Shown here piece after piece: positions 17,491 to 26,998 of a stretch of DNA of 64,000 nucleotides. Source of the stretch: an uncultured Chloroflexia bacterium. Lineage in GTDB: Bacteria; Chloroflexota; Chloroflexia; Thermomicrobiales; CFX8. The stretch's first letter is position 1. Each line of letters opens with the position of its first letter. The notes below the pieces were generated by a model that worked only from the letters and a program-made list of their open reading frames with translations, was not told the origin of the DNA and made no database searches. The DNA lies in contig CAVSNU010000002.1 of NCBI GenBank assembly GCA_963729445.1, forward strand, positions 1,143,925 to 1,207,924. Direction: 5' to 3'. The position numbers were made by a program, and so were the translations under genes.

Positions 17491-20400
17491 CTATCCCACC
17501 GGCGCCACACCCAGGGACGCGATCTTCGTGTTGAACTTGGCCACATCGGTGTCAATCACATGCTGCAGGGCATCGCGCTGGGCGTCAACCCGCGTCGCCA
17601 GCTGTGCAAACACCTCCAGCGATCCCTGGGTTGGGCGGGCATCGGCCTCGTCGACCATGAAGGCCAGGCTGGCCAGCTTCTCCTTGAGGCGGTTCGGGAA
17701 GCTGCGTGGATCCGAAAGCTGCACCTGAATCAGCTCGTCCTCGATCATCTTGAGCTTGGCCTTCAGCGCGATGGCCATCTCATGAATCTCAGCGTGCCGC
17801 TCGTGAGAGGCTGTCTTCTGTTCCCATTCGTCAATCTGTTTGACGATCGCCCGCAGGCGGTTGAGCGTGTCATGCAGCTCGGAGACCTTGTCTCGAATCT
17901 GTACCTTGAGGTCGAACTGCGCCTGAAGATCCTCCAGGCTTACCGACAAGCGCGGGTCAGGAGCGATCTCGAATGGCTGGGTCAACGTCTGGTTGCCAAC
18001 CGTCAATTGCACACGGTACTGTCCCGGCAACGCTCGCGGGGCCAGCGCCGGACCGATGAATGCCGAGAAGAGATCGCCCTCGGTCTCCTCCTTCAGCTTG
18101 GTTGCCGTGGGGTAGCGTAGATCCCAGACAAAGCGGTTCGCGCCAGCTTCCGCCGTGGGTTTCAGCTCGCCCTTCTCTTCGGTCAGGCTGGAGTACGAGA
18201 TAATCGGGTTGCCGTGATAGTCGAGGATGTTGATCTTCAGCTCGCCCTCGGGCTTGTCTTTCAGATAGTAATGCACGAGCACACCGTTGGGTGGATTCAC
18301 ACCGGCATCGAGGTTCGTTTGCTTACTATCCTTCTGCTTGTAGGCGTAGACCAACGGGCCGGTCATCTTGTAATTGACGAAGTCCTGCGTCGGAGTGTTG
18401 CCGTAGCCCTCGTAGATCCGGAACCGGAACGCAGGCTTGGGAGCGAACAAGTGCGCCGATTTACCCGCCAGGTCAGCCTGCATCTGCCGCAATGGGGCCA
18501 GGTCGTCCAGGGCCCAGAACGAGCGGCCATGGGTAGCGGCCACGAGCTCGTGGTCTTCCATCACCAGGTCATGGATTGGCGCGACAGGTAACCCGCCACC
18601 TTCAAGACGCTGCCAATTGCCCCCGTCATCAAACGAGACATAGACGCCGGTCTCGGTGCCGGCGAACAGCAGGCCCGGACGATCGGGGTTCTCCCGGATA
18701 ACCCGGGTGAAGTCATCCTCTGGAATCCCAGCAGTGATCTCGATCCAGGTCTGCCCGTAGTCGTTGGTCTTATACAGATAGGGCCTCGTGTCATCGTGCT
18801 TGTAGCGGGTCGCGGCGACGTAGACAGTGGCCGGGTCGTGCGGCGAGACCTCGATCACGCTGATTAAGGCCCATTCCGGCAGATCCGGTGGCGTGACATT
18901 CGTCCAGCTCTTCCCGTCGTCGCGCGAAATGTGGACCAGCCCGTCATCGGTGCCAACCCAGAACACGCCCCGTTCGTGCGGGGACTCTTTGAAGGCGAAG
19001 ATCGTGCAGTAGGCTTCAGCGCCGGTATTGTCGCGAGTGATCGGACCACCCGAGGCCCCCAGCTTGCTTGGATCGTTACGAGTAAGGTCCGGACTGATCT
19101 CTTCCCAGGTCGTACCATCGTCGGTTGACCGATGGACATGGTTGGAGGCCACGTAGAGCACATTGGGGTCGTGCGGAGAGAACTCGATCGGGAAGGTCCA
19201 CTGGAAGCGGTAGCGATGTGCGCCGGCACCCTCACCCATACCGTGCAGTTCCGGCCAGACGGTGACATTACGCTTCTGGCCGGTCTTGGGGTCATAGGCG
19301 ATGAGGCGTCCGTGCCCTAACCCGCTGCCAATTGCGCCGGCGAAGATCGTGTGGGGGGCAGTGGGTTTGATCGCGATGTAGCCACTCTCACCCCCGCCCG
19401 GCTCGAACCAGTTGCGCGGCGTGATCGCACCCTCGAACGACATGCTGGCCACCGCCAGGGCAGTGTTGTCCTGCTGCGAACCGTAGACGTTATACGGCAC
19501 CTTACCGTCGGTGGTCACATGATAGAACTGCGCCGTTGGCTGGTTATAGAGTGTCGACCACGTAATGCCCCCATTGAACGAGACACAGGCCCCGCCGTCG
19601 TTGCCCTCGATGATGCGGTTGCTGTCCTGCGGGTCGATCCAGAGACCGTGGTTGTCACCGTGCGGCGTCGGAACCTCGAAGAAAGTCTTGCCGCCGTCAA
19701 TCGACTTCTTGCAGGGCATGTTCAGGACCCAGACCGTGTCTGCATCCTGCGGATCGGCGAAGATGTGCATGTAGTACCAGGCGCGGGTGCGCAGATCGCG
19801 GTCCTCGCTGAGCCGCTGCCAGGTGTCGCCGCCGTCATCCGAGCGGAAGAGCGCGCCGTCGTCGGCTTCGACCAACGCCCAGACGCGGTCCCGCTGCGCA
19901 GGAGAGACCGCCACACCGATTTTGCCGAGCACCCCCTCGGGTAGCCCCGGGTTGCGAGTGATCTCGGTCCAGGTGTCGCCGCCGTCGGTCGTCTTCCAGA
20001 GACCGGAGTCCTCGCCGCCGCTCACCAGTTGGTGCGGATAACGCTGCGCCTGCCAGATCGAGGCGTAGATGATCCTCGGGTTGTTGGGGTCCATCGAGAT
20101 GTCGTGGCTGCCAGCCTTGTCGCTCTTGTAGAGCACCTTCTCCCAGGTTTGGCCGCCGTCCTTCGAGCGATAGACACCACGCTCCTTGTTCGGACCCCAG
20201 GCGTGGCCGAGCGCCGCGACGTAGACCAGGTCCGGGTTCCTGGGATGGATGGCGATATCGCCGATGTGACGCGTGTCCTTGAGTCCAACGTTCTTCCATG
20301 TGCGACCGCCGTCGGTTGACTTGTAGACGCCATCGCCGTGCGAGACATTGCCCCGGATCGCCGTCTCACCAGTGCCGACATAGATCACGTTCGGGTCCGA

Positions 20401-20625
20401 CTCCGACACGGCGATTGCCCCGACGGCTGATGTGTTAAAGAAACCGTCCGAGATGTTCTCCCAGTAGTCGCCACCGTCAATCGTCTTCCATACGCCACCG
20501 GCGCAGGCCCCGAAATAGAAGGTAGCCTTCTCCGTCGGATGGCCGGCGACCGCCACTACTCGTCCACCCCGATGCGGGCCAATCAGCCGCCATTCAAGTG
20601 ACTGCAGGAGGCTCGATTCAACCAT
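17491..20625 (-). CDS. Asp-box (BNR) repeat / sortilin-Vps10-like double beta-propeller protein, paralog 2 (1044 aa)
   Basis: Colinear with paralogs 1 and 3 and shares the same Asp boxes. N-terminus MVESSLLQSLEWRLIGPHRGGRVVAVAG. AGGGGA RBS. Confidence 0.8.
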   Translation of the reverse strand: MVESSLLQSLEWRLIGPHRGGRVVAVAGHPTEKATFYFGACAGGVWKTIDGGDYWENISDGFFNTSAVGAIAVSESDPNVIYVGTGETAIRGNVSHGDGVYKSTDGGRTWKNVGLKDTRHIGDIAIHPRNPDLVYVAALGHAWGPNKERGVYRSKDGGQTWEKVLYKSDKAGSHDISMDPNNPRIIYASIWQAQRYPHQLVSGGEDSGLWKTTDGGDTWTEITRNPGLPEGVLGKIGVAVSPAQRDRVWALVEADDGALFRSDDGGDTWQRLSEDRDLRTRAWYYMHIFADPQDADTVWVLNMPCKKSIDGGKTFFEVPTPHGDNHGLWIDPQDSNRIIEGNDGGACVSFNGGITWSTLYNQPTAQFYHVTTDGKVPYNVYGSQQDNTALAVASMSFEGAITPRNWFEPGGGESGYIAIKPTAPHTIFAGAIGSGLGHGRLIAYDPKTGQKRNVTVWPELHGMGEGAGAHRYRFQWTFPIEFSPHDPNVLYVASNHVHRSTDDGTTWEEISPDLTRNDPSKLGASGGPITRDNTGAEAYCTIFAFKESPHERGVFWVGTDDGLVHISRDDGKSWTNVTPPDLPEWALISVIEVSPHDPATVYVAATRYKHDDTRPYLYKTNDYGQTWIEITAGIPEDDFTRVIRENPDRPGLLFAGTETGVYVSFDDGGNWQRLEGGGLPVAPIHDLVMEDHELVAATHGRSFWALDDLAPLRQMQADLAGKSAHLFAPKPAFRFRIYEGYGNTPTQDFVNYKMTGPLVYAYKQKDSKQTNLDAGVNPPNGVLVHYYLKDKPEGELKINILDYHGNPIISYSSLTEEKGELKPTAEAGANRFVWDLRYPTATKLKEETEGDLFSAFIGPALAPRALPGQYRVQLTVGNQTLTQPFEIAPDPRLSVSLEDLQAQFDLKVQIRDKVSELHDTLNRLRAIVKQIDEWEQKTASHERHAEIHEMAIALKAKLKMIEDELIQVQLSDPRSFPNRLKEKLASLAFMVDEADARPTQGSLEVFAQLATRVDAQRDALQHVIDTDVAKFNTKIASLGVAPVG

Positions 20626-20874
20626 TCTGTCCCCTATCCGTTCTTGACTTCTCCATAAGCTTTACAAGCGCCTAACGCCGGATGAAGCGCCATCAGGTAG
20701 GTGAGAGACACCATCTGCTTCGCTCCCGTACAACCTTTCAATGAGCTCAATTTCGCATACATTAGCGCGACTACGGAATGTAGGCAATCGTGGGAGCGGG
20801 CGCGATTGAACCGCACCCCTAACCCCTAAGGAAGATGACCCGGCTACGACACGATTCGCGAGGATCGCCACATT

Positions 20875-20951
20875 GCGTACGGGCGTAATTCATTGCGCCC
20901 TGCCTGGCCGCCCCGGCGTCGAAGAGGGCGCAATAAATTACGCCCGTACGC
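20875..20951. repeat. Long hairpin: 27-bp arms (1 mismatch) with 23-nt loop
   Basis: GCGTACGGGCGTAATTCATTGCGCCCT (20875-20901) pairs with AGGGCGCAATAAATTACGCCCGTACGC (20925-20951). Confidence 0.6.
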
Positions 20952-21134
20952 AGATGAGGGAGCTGTCAATTACCGGATAGACTCAGACACTCCCATAACA
21001 GGTATAGGAACACACGCCGGAATTTCTGTACCCAAGATGGGTCTTTTGTGCCCCTCGTGGGCTTCGGGGGTTGGCTATTCTGAACAGAGAGGCTGACGAT
21101 GGGGTCGCTGGTACCCGAACAAGAAAGAGGCGCC

Positions 21135-22025
21135 ATGTATTTGCGTATGGACCGCATACCGATAGAGCTTCCAGAGCCAAAAGGCCCATCTCCAAACTCC
21201 GCTTCCGCGGTTCAGGAGCTGCTTGGCGGGAAATGTGGCGAGATGTCGACGCTGATGAACTACACGATGCAGTCCTTCAACTTCCGGGGCCGCAAAGAAT
21301 ATCGTCCCTTCTACGACCTGATCGCCAACATCGCCACGGAAGAGCTCAGCCATATCGAGCTCGTCTCCTACACGATCAATCTGCTGCTCAACGGCGCAAC
21401 CGAGCGCAACCCCGATCCGGTGGCAGCCCCACTCAAAAACGCGGTCGACGCTCGCAACCACTACCATTTCCTCGCCAGTGGTCAGCAAGCTCTGCCGGTC
21501 GATTCGATGGGCAATCCCTGGAATGGCACCTACGTCTTCTCAAGTGGCGATCTCAAGCTCGACCTGTTACATAACTTCTTTCTCGAGTGCGGCGCCAGAG
21601 CCAACAAGATCCGTGTCTACGAGATGGTCGACGATCCCGCGGCACGTGAGATGGTTGGTTATCTGCTAGTGCGTGGTGGTACCCATATCATCGCCTACGC
21701 CCGCGCGCTGGAGAAGCTGACCGGCGCGGACCTCGGTAAGCTCCTCCCCATCCCGGATATCAGCAACGCACGGTTTCCGGAGGCCCGCAAGTTTGAGGAG
21801 CGCGGACTCTACAACACGATGTTCCGCTTCAGCCCGGACGATTACCGGGAGATCAGCAAAATCTGGAATGGTCCCCACCCTGAAAACGGCGCCGAGCTGA
21901 CCGTCTCAGACGACATTCCGGAAGGATTCGCTCCACCAGACTTGCCGGCTGAACCGCAGCTGACTGCCCCGAGCGGCCTCGATCCACAAATGATCCAGGA
22001 GGTAGCCAAACGGCTCTCCGTCTAA
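21135..22025 (+). CDS. Manganese catalase
   Basis: MYLRMDRIPIELPEPKGPSPNSASAVQELLGGKCGEMSTLMNYTMQSF...ATEELSHIELV is typical of the Mn-catalase di-Mn site region. ATG 21135 is preceded by AAGAAAGAGG; the ORF extends to 21099. Confidence 0.85.
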   Translation: MYLRMDRIPIELPEPKGPSPNSASAVQELLGGKCGEMSTLMNYTMQSFNFRGRKEYRPFYDLIANIATEELSHIELVSYTINLLLNGATERNPDPVAAPLKNAVDARNHYHFLASGQQALPVDSMGNPWNGTYVFSSGDLKLDLLHNFFLECGARANKIRVYEMVDDPAAREMVGYLLVRGGTHIIAYARALEKLTGADLGKLLPIPDISNARFPEARKFEERGLYNTMFRFSPDDYREISKIWNGPHPENGAELTVSDDIPEGFAPPDLPAEPQLTAPSGLDPQMIQEVAKRLSV

Positions 22026-22046
22026 TCGCATGGACCACCAACGAGT

Positions 22047-22070
22047 GAGCCCGCCCCACAAGGCGGGCTC
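22047..22070 (+). terminator. Hairpin after the Mn catalase gene
   Basis: GAGCCCGCC ccacaa GGCGGGCTC, 22 nt after the stop. The T-tract is weak. Confidence 0.4.
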
Positions 22071-22218
22071 TATCGTGGGCCCTTCACCAGGGTAAAGAGG
22101 CGTCGTCCGTTGTCCCTGGGGATGACGTGTTTCACGCTAAAGGACCAGCGGGCCAGAAGAGAAGGGGTTAGATCTGCTCGTCAGCCTGGCCGGCGAGCTT
22201 GGTGTCAGGAGGTCTGAC

Positions 22219-23268
22219 CTAATCGGTTTGCAAGTATTGAATCTCAGCTAGATACGCTCCAAAGTCTACCGGCGGCGGTTGGTTCATTAAATGGGCGTCT
22301 TCATAACCAATCACCATTCGATTAAACCCGGATCTCTCCCAGTCCAGGTTTCTCCCTGCCATCTCGGCCGCTGGTTGGATCAAGTACTCCCAGTAGACCT
22401 CGGGGCCGGAGCCCGGTAGAAGCGGATCAATACCATACTCCAGCATTCGAATCTGAATACCGATTTCGGAATCCGGCTCGTAGATTGCGACATACACTTG
22501 TTCACTGGCTAGCTTAGCCATCGCGTCCCACTCTGCTTGCGAGCCAATCTGGTTGCGCAGATCGATGATCTGCTTGATCCAGGTCGCGAACTCAGTTGTG
22601 TCCGCATTGAAATGACCCAGGACTGCCGTTACCAGGTGGTATCCCTTAGTCATCGCAAGAGTGGAATTGTATATGCGTTGCACGATGGGATTAGCGGCAG
22701 TTGGATCGATACCAAGTTCCCGCATAGCGACGCGAACAGCGGCACTGGGATTCAGATATGCCAGGGACAGTGGAGGTACGGGAACAACGGTCGGAGAAGG
22801 GAAGCAAAAACCATACCAGTTCGCGGAGAGTTCCAAATTCGTCTCCGGGGGTCGATTGGCTAGGGCGCAGTACCCGGGATCCGAGGTGTCAGAGTTATGA
22901 ACATACCTGGTAGCCTCAGGAGCAGTGGGTATCGAAGTCGAACTAGCCGTACCTGTCACATTGGTTGGGGTTGAAGCCAATGCTGAAGTAGGACTAGCCG
23001 CGTGCTCCGTGTTCGTTGCGATTGAAGCCGGAAGCGCGGTGCCAGTTGTTACAGGTACCAGATCGCCGGGAGTACTCGATGGTATCGAGGTGTGGCTCAG
23101 CGTGGGTGTCGAATCACCTGAGCTTATAGCTTCTTCGATCCTAATACCGGTCGTCGGGTCTTGTGTCGAGTCTTGTACGGATGATTTTGAGTCCATATTG
23201 CTTGGTCCGCTACAAGCAACGAGCATAAGTCCCAATAGAGCCACGATCATGATCGTTAACCTGGCCAA
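22219..23268 (-). CDS. Hypothetical lipoprotein with S/T/P-rich linker
   Basis: Signal plus lipobox MARLTIMIVALLGLMLVACSG, then a long S/T/P-rich low-complexity stretch, then a ~200-aa domain I do not recognise. GC is lower than in the flanks. Confidence 0.6.
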   Translation of the reverse strand: MARLTIMIVALLGLMLVACSGPSNMDSKSSVQDSTQDPTTGIRIEEAISSGDSTPTLSHTSIPSSTPGDLVPVTTGTALPASIATNTEHAASPTSALASTPTNVTGTASSTSIPTAPEATRYVHNSDTSDPGYCALANRPPETNLELSANWYGFCFPSPTVVPVPPLSLAYLNPSAAVRVAMRELGIDPTAANPIVQRIYNSTLAMTKGYHLVTAVLGHFNADTTEFATWIKQIIDLRNQIGSQAEWDAMAKLASEQVYVAIYEPDSEIGIQIRMLEYGIDPLLPGSGPEVYWEYLIQPAAEMAGRNLDWERSGFNRMVIGYEDAHLMNQPPPVDFGAYLAEIQYLQTD

Positions 23269-23338
23269 AGACTTATCGCCATCCGCTCCACAGAAAGTGT
23301 GGAGGGCGAGGCATTGTGCCCCGCCCCCTCAACATCGT

Positions 23339-26300
23339 TTACGCAACCACCGGGGCGACCTTCTGCTCCTTGAGCTTGGCGTTGAAGGCCGCGACATCGG
23401 ACTTCAGAAGCTCCTGGTAGCAATTGATCTGCTCGTCAACCTGGCCGGAGAGCTTGTCGTAGACCTCGTACGACTGCTTCGTCGGGCGCATGTCGGCGTT
23501 GGCGATCAGGCCGGTCAGGGCGCCCAGCCGGTCATTGAGGCCGGAAGGGAACTGGCGTGGGCTGGCGGCTTCAGGGTTGACGAGCTCGCACTCGACGACC
23601 TTGAGCTTCTCGTCCAGCGACTTGGCCGCTTCCTTGACCGACTCGTCATCCACACGCTCGGCCCAGCTCGCGACCTGCTTGCGCACGTTGCGGATGTCAC
23701 GCGTGGTCTGATGCAGCTCGCTGAGCTTGTCACGAACCTTCAGCAGCAGGTCAAACTGCGCCTGCAGGTCGGCATGCGAAGCGTCGACCCGCGTGTCCTT
23801 CTCGATCTTGAACGTCTCCGTTAGCGTTGCGCCGTTCACCGTGAGCTGTGCCTTGTACGTGCCGGGAACTGCAACCGGCCCCACCAGGTTATCCTGCGCT
23901 CGTGGTCCGGAAGGTGCATCCTCTAGCCCCTGGGCATCCGGGTAGCGCATGTCCCAGACAAAGCGGTTCGAGCCGGCCTTCCTGGTGAGCTTGCGGCCGT
24001 TCTTGGTGCTACTGGAGAAGGTCTTGATCTCGTTGCCGCCCTCGTCCAGGATCGTCAACGTCACGTCCCCTTCGGGAGCGTCCTTCAGGTAGTAGTGGAT
24101 GACGACGCCGGACGGCGGATTCTTGCCGGCGTCCAGGAAATCAATACGGTTCTCGCCGGTCTCATCCTGCTTCTGGTAGCTGGTCACCAGCATGCCGCTT
24201 ACCCGGCCGTAGATCTTCTGGCCGTTCGAGCCCTGGTTGAAGCGCCCGAGGTTGCGGAAGCGGTATGCCTCGCCGGGTGTGAAGAGGTGGGCCGGCTTCT
24301 CGGCGACCTCGTCGCTGATCTGATACAGCGGCGTAAGGTCGTCCAGGATCCAGAACGCCCGGCCGTGGGTGGCGGCGATGAGATCCTTGTTCTTGATGTG
24401 CAGATCGTGGATCGGCGTGAGCGGCAGGTTCAACTGGAATTTCTGCCAGTTGCAGCCGTCGTCGAGCGAGACGTAGACGCCGGTCTCGGTACCCGCATAG
24501 AGGAGCCCACGCTTGTTGGGATCTTCGCGGATGGTCCGGGTAAAGTCATCCTCCGGCAACCCGTTGACGATTTCCGTCCAGCTCTTGCCGTAGTCGTTGG
24601 TTTTGTAGAGGTAGGGCTTGTTGTCATCGTGCTTGTAGCGGGTCGCGGCGACGTAGACCGTGGCCGGGTCGTGCGGCGAGACCTCAATCACGCTGATGAG
24701 CGCCCACTCCGGCAGGGCTGCGGGCGTGACGTTGTCCCAGTTCTTGCCGCCATCGCGGCTGATGTGGATCAAACCGTCGTCGCTGCCGGCCCAGAAGACA
24801 CCCTGCTCGTGCGGAGACTCGTGGAAGGCGAAGATCGTGCAGTAGGCCTCTGCGCCGGTGTTGTCGTTGGTGATCGGGCCGCCCGAGGGACCCAGCTTAC
24901 TCGGGTCGTTGCGGGTGAGATCGGGGCTGATGACCTCCCAGCTCATCCCCTCGTCGGTCGACTTGTGGACGTGGTTCGAGGTTACGTAGAGCGTGTTTGG
25001 ATCGAAGGGGGAGAGCTCGATCGGGAAGGTCCACTGGAAGCGGTACTTCAACGCCTCGGCGCCGCGCCCCATGCCGGTCACTTCCGGCCACACATTGATC
25101 GCGCGCTCTTCAAAGGTCTCGTGGTCGTAGCGCAGGAGGCGTCCATTGCCGGCGCCGCTGCCGATCGCGCCACCGTACACAATATTGGGGTTGTCCGGGC
25201 GGATCGCGATGTAGCCACTCTCGCCGCCGCCGGGCTGGTACCACTCCTGGGTCGTGATCGCGCCATTGGCCGAGCGGCTAGGCAGGGCCAGCGCGGTGTT
25301 GTCTTGCTGCGAGCCATAGACACGGTACGGGTGCCGGTTGTCGGCAATGGCGTGATAGAACTGCGCGGTCGGCTGGTTGTAGATGCTCGACCAGGTTTCG
25401 GCGCCGTTCAAGGTGACGTTCGCGCCGCCGTCGTTGCCCTCGATCATGCGGTTGCTGTCCTGCGGGTCGATCCAGAGATCCTGGTTGTCACCGTGCGGCG
25501 TCGGGATGGCGGAGAACGTCTTGCCGCCGTCGATCGACTTCCAGCACTGCAAGTTCAGCACCCAGACGGTGTCGGCGTCGGATGGATCGGCGTAGATGTG
25601 CATGTAGTACCAGGCGCGCCGGCGGAGGTCGCCGTTGTCCGAGACCATCTGCCAGGTGTCGCCACCATCGTCTGAGCGGAAGAGCGCCCCGTCCTCAGCC
25701 TCGACCAGCGCCCAGATACGGCCAGACTTGGCCGGCGAGATGGCAACGCCAATCTTGCCGAGCACACCCTTGGGGAGTCCCGGGTTGCGGGTAATGTCCT
25801 CCCAGGTGTCGCCGCCGTCGGTCGAGCGCCAGATGCTGGAATCGTCACCACCGCTCCGCAGCGCGTGCGGGTAGCGCTGGGCATCCCACAGCGCCGCGAC
25901 GAGAATGCGTGGGTTGTTGGGATCCATGGTGAGGTCGATCGCACCGGCCTTGTCGCTCTTGTAGAGGACCTTCTCCCAGCTCTGGCCGCCGTCGGTCGTA
26001 CGGAAAACGCCGCGCTCTTCGTTCGTGCCCCAGATATGGCCGAGCGCCGAGACGTAGACGAGGTCCGGGTTGTTGGGGTGAATCCGTACCCGGCTAATGT
26101 GGCGGGTGTCCTTCAGACCGACGTTTTTCCAGGTCTTGCCGCCGTCGGTGGACTTGTAGACGCCGTCACCGTGTGAGACATTTCCGCGGATACTCGTCTC
26201 ACCCATGCCGGCGTAAATAACATTTGGATCCGACTCGGAAACAGCCAGAGCGCCGACTGCCGACGTGTTGAAATAGCCGTCGGAAATGTTCTCCCAGTAG

Positions 26301-26470
26301 ACGCCGGCATCGGTGGTTTTCCAGACACCGCCACCAACCGCACCGAAGTAGAAGGTGGCCTTCGCGGTCGGATGCCCTGCGACTGCGACGACTCTACCAC
26401 CACGAAATGGACCGATCAGACGCCATTCAAGTGACTGAAATAGCCCGGGATTTATGGTCCCGTTCGACAT
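23339..26470 (-). CDS. Asp-box (BNR) repeat / sortilin-Vps10-like double beta-propeller protein, paralog 3 (about 1043 aa)
   Basis: Colinear with paralog 2, with long identical runs. The start is set at ATG 26470 after AGAGGAGGGG; the ORF extends to 26506. Confidence 0.8.
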   Translation of the reverse strand: MSNGTINPGLFQSLEWRLIGPFRGGRVVAVAGHPTAKATFYFGAVGGGVWKTTDAGVYWENISDGYFNTSAVGALAVSESDPNVIYAGMGETSIRGNVSHGDGVYKSTDGGKTWKNVGLKDTRHISRVRIHPNNPDLVYVSALGHIWGTNEERGVFRTTDGGQSWEKVLYKSDKAGAIDLTMDPNNPRILVAALWDAQRYPHALRSGGDDSSIWRSTDGGDTWEDITRNPGLPKGVLGKIGVAISPAKSGRIWALVEAEDGALFRSDDGGDTWQMVSDNGDLRRRAWYYMHIYADPSDADTVWVLNLQCWKSIDGGKTFSAIPTPHGDNQDLWIDPQDSNRMIEGNDGGANVTLNGAETWSSIYNQPTAQFYHAIADNRHPYRVYGSQQDNTALALPSRSANGAITTQEWYQPGGGESGYIAIRPDNPNIVYGGAIGSGAGNGRLLRYDHETFEERAINVWPEVTGMGRGAEALKYRFQWTFPIELSPFDPNTLYVTSNHVHKSTDEGMSWEVISPDLTRNDPSKLGPSGGPITNDNTGAEAYCTIFAFHESPHEQGVFWAGSDDGLIHISRDGGKNWDNVTPAALPEWALISVIEVSPHDPATVYVAATRYKHDDNKPYLYKTNDYGKSWTEIVNGLPEDDFTRTIREDPNKRGLLYAGTETGVYVSLDDGCNWQKFQLNLPLTPIHDLHIKNKDLIAATHGRAFWILDDLTPLYQISDEVAEKPAHLFTPGEAYRFRNLGRFNQGSNGQKIYGRVSGMLVTSYQKQDETGENRIDFLDAGKNPPSGVVIHYYLKDAPEGDVTLTILDEGGNEIKTFSSSTKNGRKLTRKAGSNRFVWDMRYPDAQGLEDAPSGPRAQDNLVGPVAVPGTYKAQLTVNGATLTETFKIEKDTRVDASHADLQAQFDLLLKVRDKLSELHQTTRDIRNVRKQVASWAERVDDESVKEAAKSLDEKLKVVECELVNPEAASPRQFPSGLNDRLGALTGLIANADMRPTKQSYEVYDKLSGQVDEQINCYQELLKSDVAAFNAKLKEQKVAPVVA

Positions 26471-26571
26471 ATTGCCCCTCCTCTGGATGCCTCCGTTGTC
26501 CGTCATACGCGAGGGCTAATGTCGCATAGATCAACGAAGGGCACAAGAGAGGGAGCGGGTAGGGGACCGGG

Positions 26572-26871
26572 CTAGCGCACAGTCTCAGCAGGGATAGATG
26601 CGACAAACGCCGCGAGATCGGCCGCGAAGTCCTCCATCTGGTAGCCGGTCTCGGGGTGGTTGGAATCACCGTGACCGCGCTGTGTCAGGGCGAATGCATG
26701 GATAGACGCGGGCAAGTGGGGGAGCACTTCTGAATAGGACTGGAGAGAATCCACGTAGCCATGTAGCAGCAGGACCGGGACGCCTTCTGGATCGCCCTGT
26801 TCAATGTACTGGAGCGTCACGCCGTTAGGTAGCGTCGCGGATTGCGGAGCGGATGTGGTCTCACCTACCAT
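26572..26871 (-). pseudogene. N-terminal fragment of an alpha/beta hydrolase (truncated before the nucleophile elbow)
   Basis: GVPVLLLHGYVDSLQSYSEVLPHL...AFALTQRGHGDSNHP...DFAADLAAFV, then a stop. No GxSxG follows in any frame. The fragment ends 102 nt upstream of the paralog 3 start. Confidence 0.55.
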
Positions 26872-26998
26872 CGCTGTAGCTCCTTTCGGAGAGTATGGAG
26901 AGTCACCATTGCAGTGAACCGCGGAGTACGTCGCATTGTACGAGCCGTGAGATGACAACTACCCACCCTCTGGCAGGAACTTGATGATGAGTTGCTCA

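Noticed and set aside
20799-20816. A T-arm-like GCGGTTCAATCGCGC on the minus strand, in the spacer upstream of BNR paralog 2.
   Set aside because: A 5-bp stem can be drawn, but the loop register is off from the T-Psi-C consensus. No complementary 5-prime acceptor sequence (GGAGCGG) exists within about 80 nt.
22128-22143. Partial parS-like strings at 22128-22143 (TGTTTCACGCTAAAGG), 40652-40660 (ACGTGAAAC) and 61756-61763 (TGTTTCAC).
   Set aside because: These are only half-sites, with 4 or more mismatches to the 16-mer. That is insufficient to call ParB sites.
24095-25675. Long antisense or alternative-frame ORFs inside real genes. Examples are 24095-25675 (526 aa), 31451-32773 (440 aa), 27736-28791, 42474-43604, 15041-15958, 50674-51672, 49615-50478 and 6240-6911.
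   Set aside because: These are typical high-GC shadow ORFs. They have R/G/A/P-rich low-complexity translations, no RBS and no recognisable motifs. Each fully overlaps a well-supported gene on the other strand or frame.
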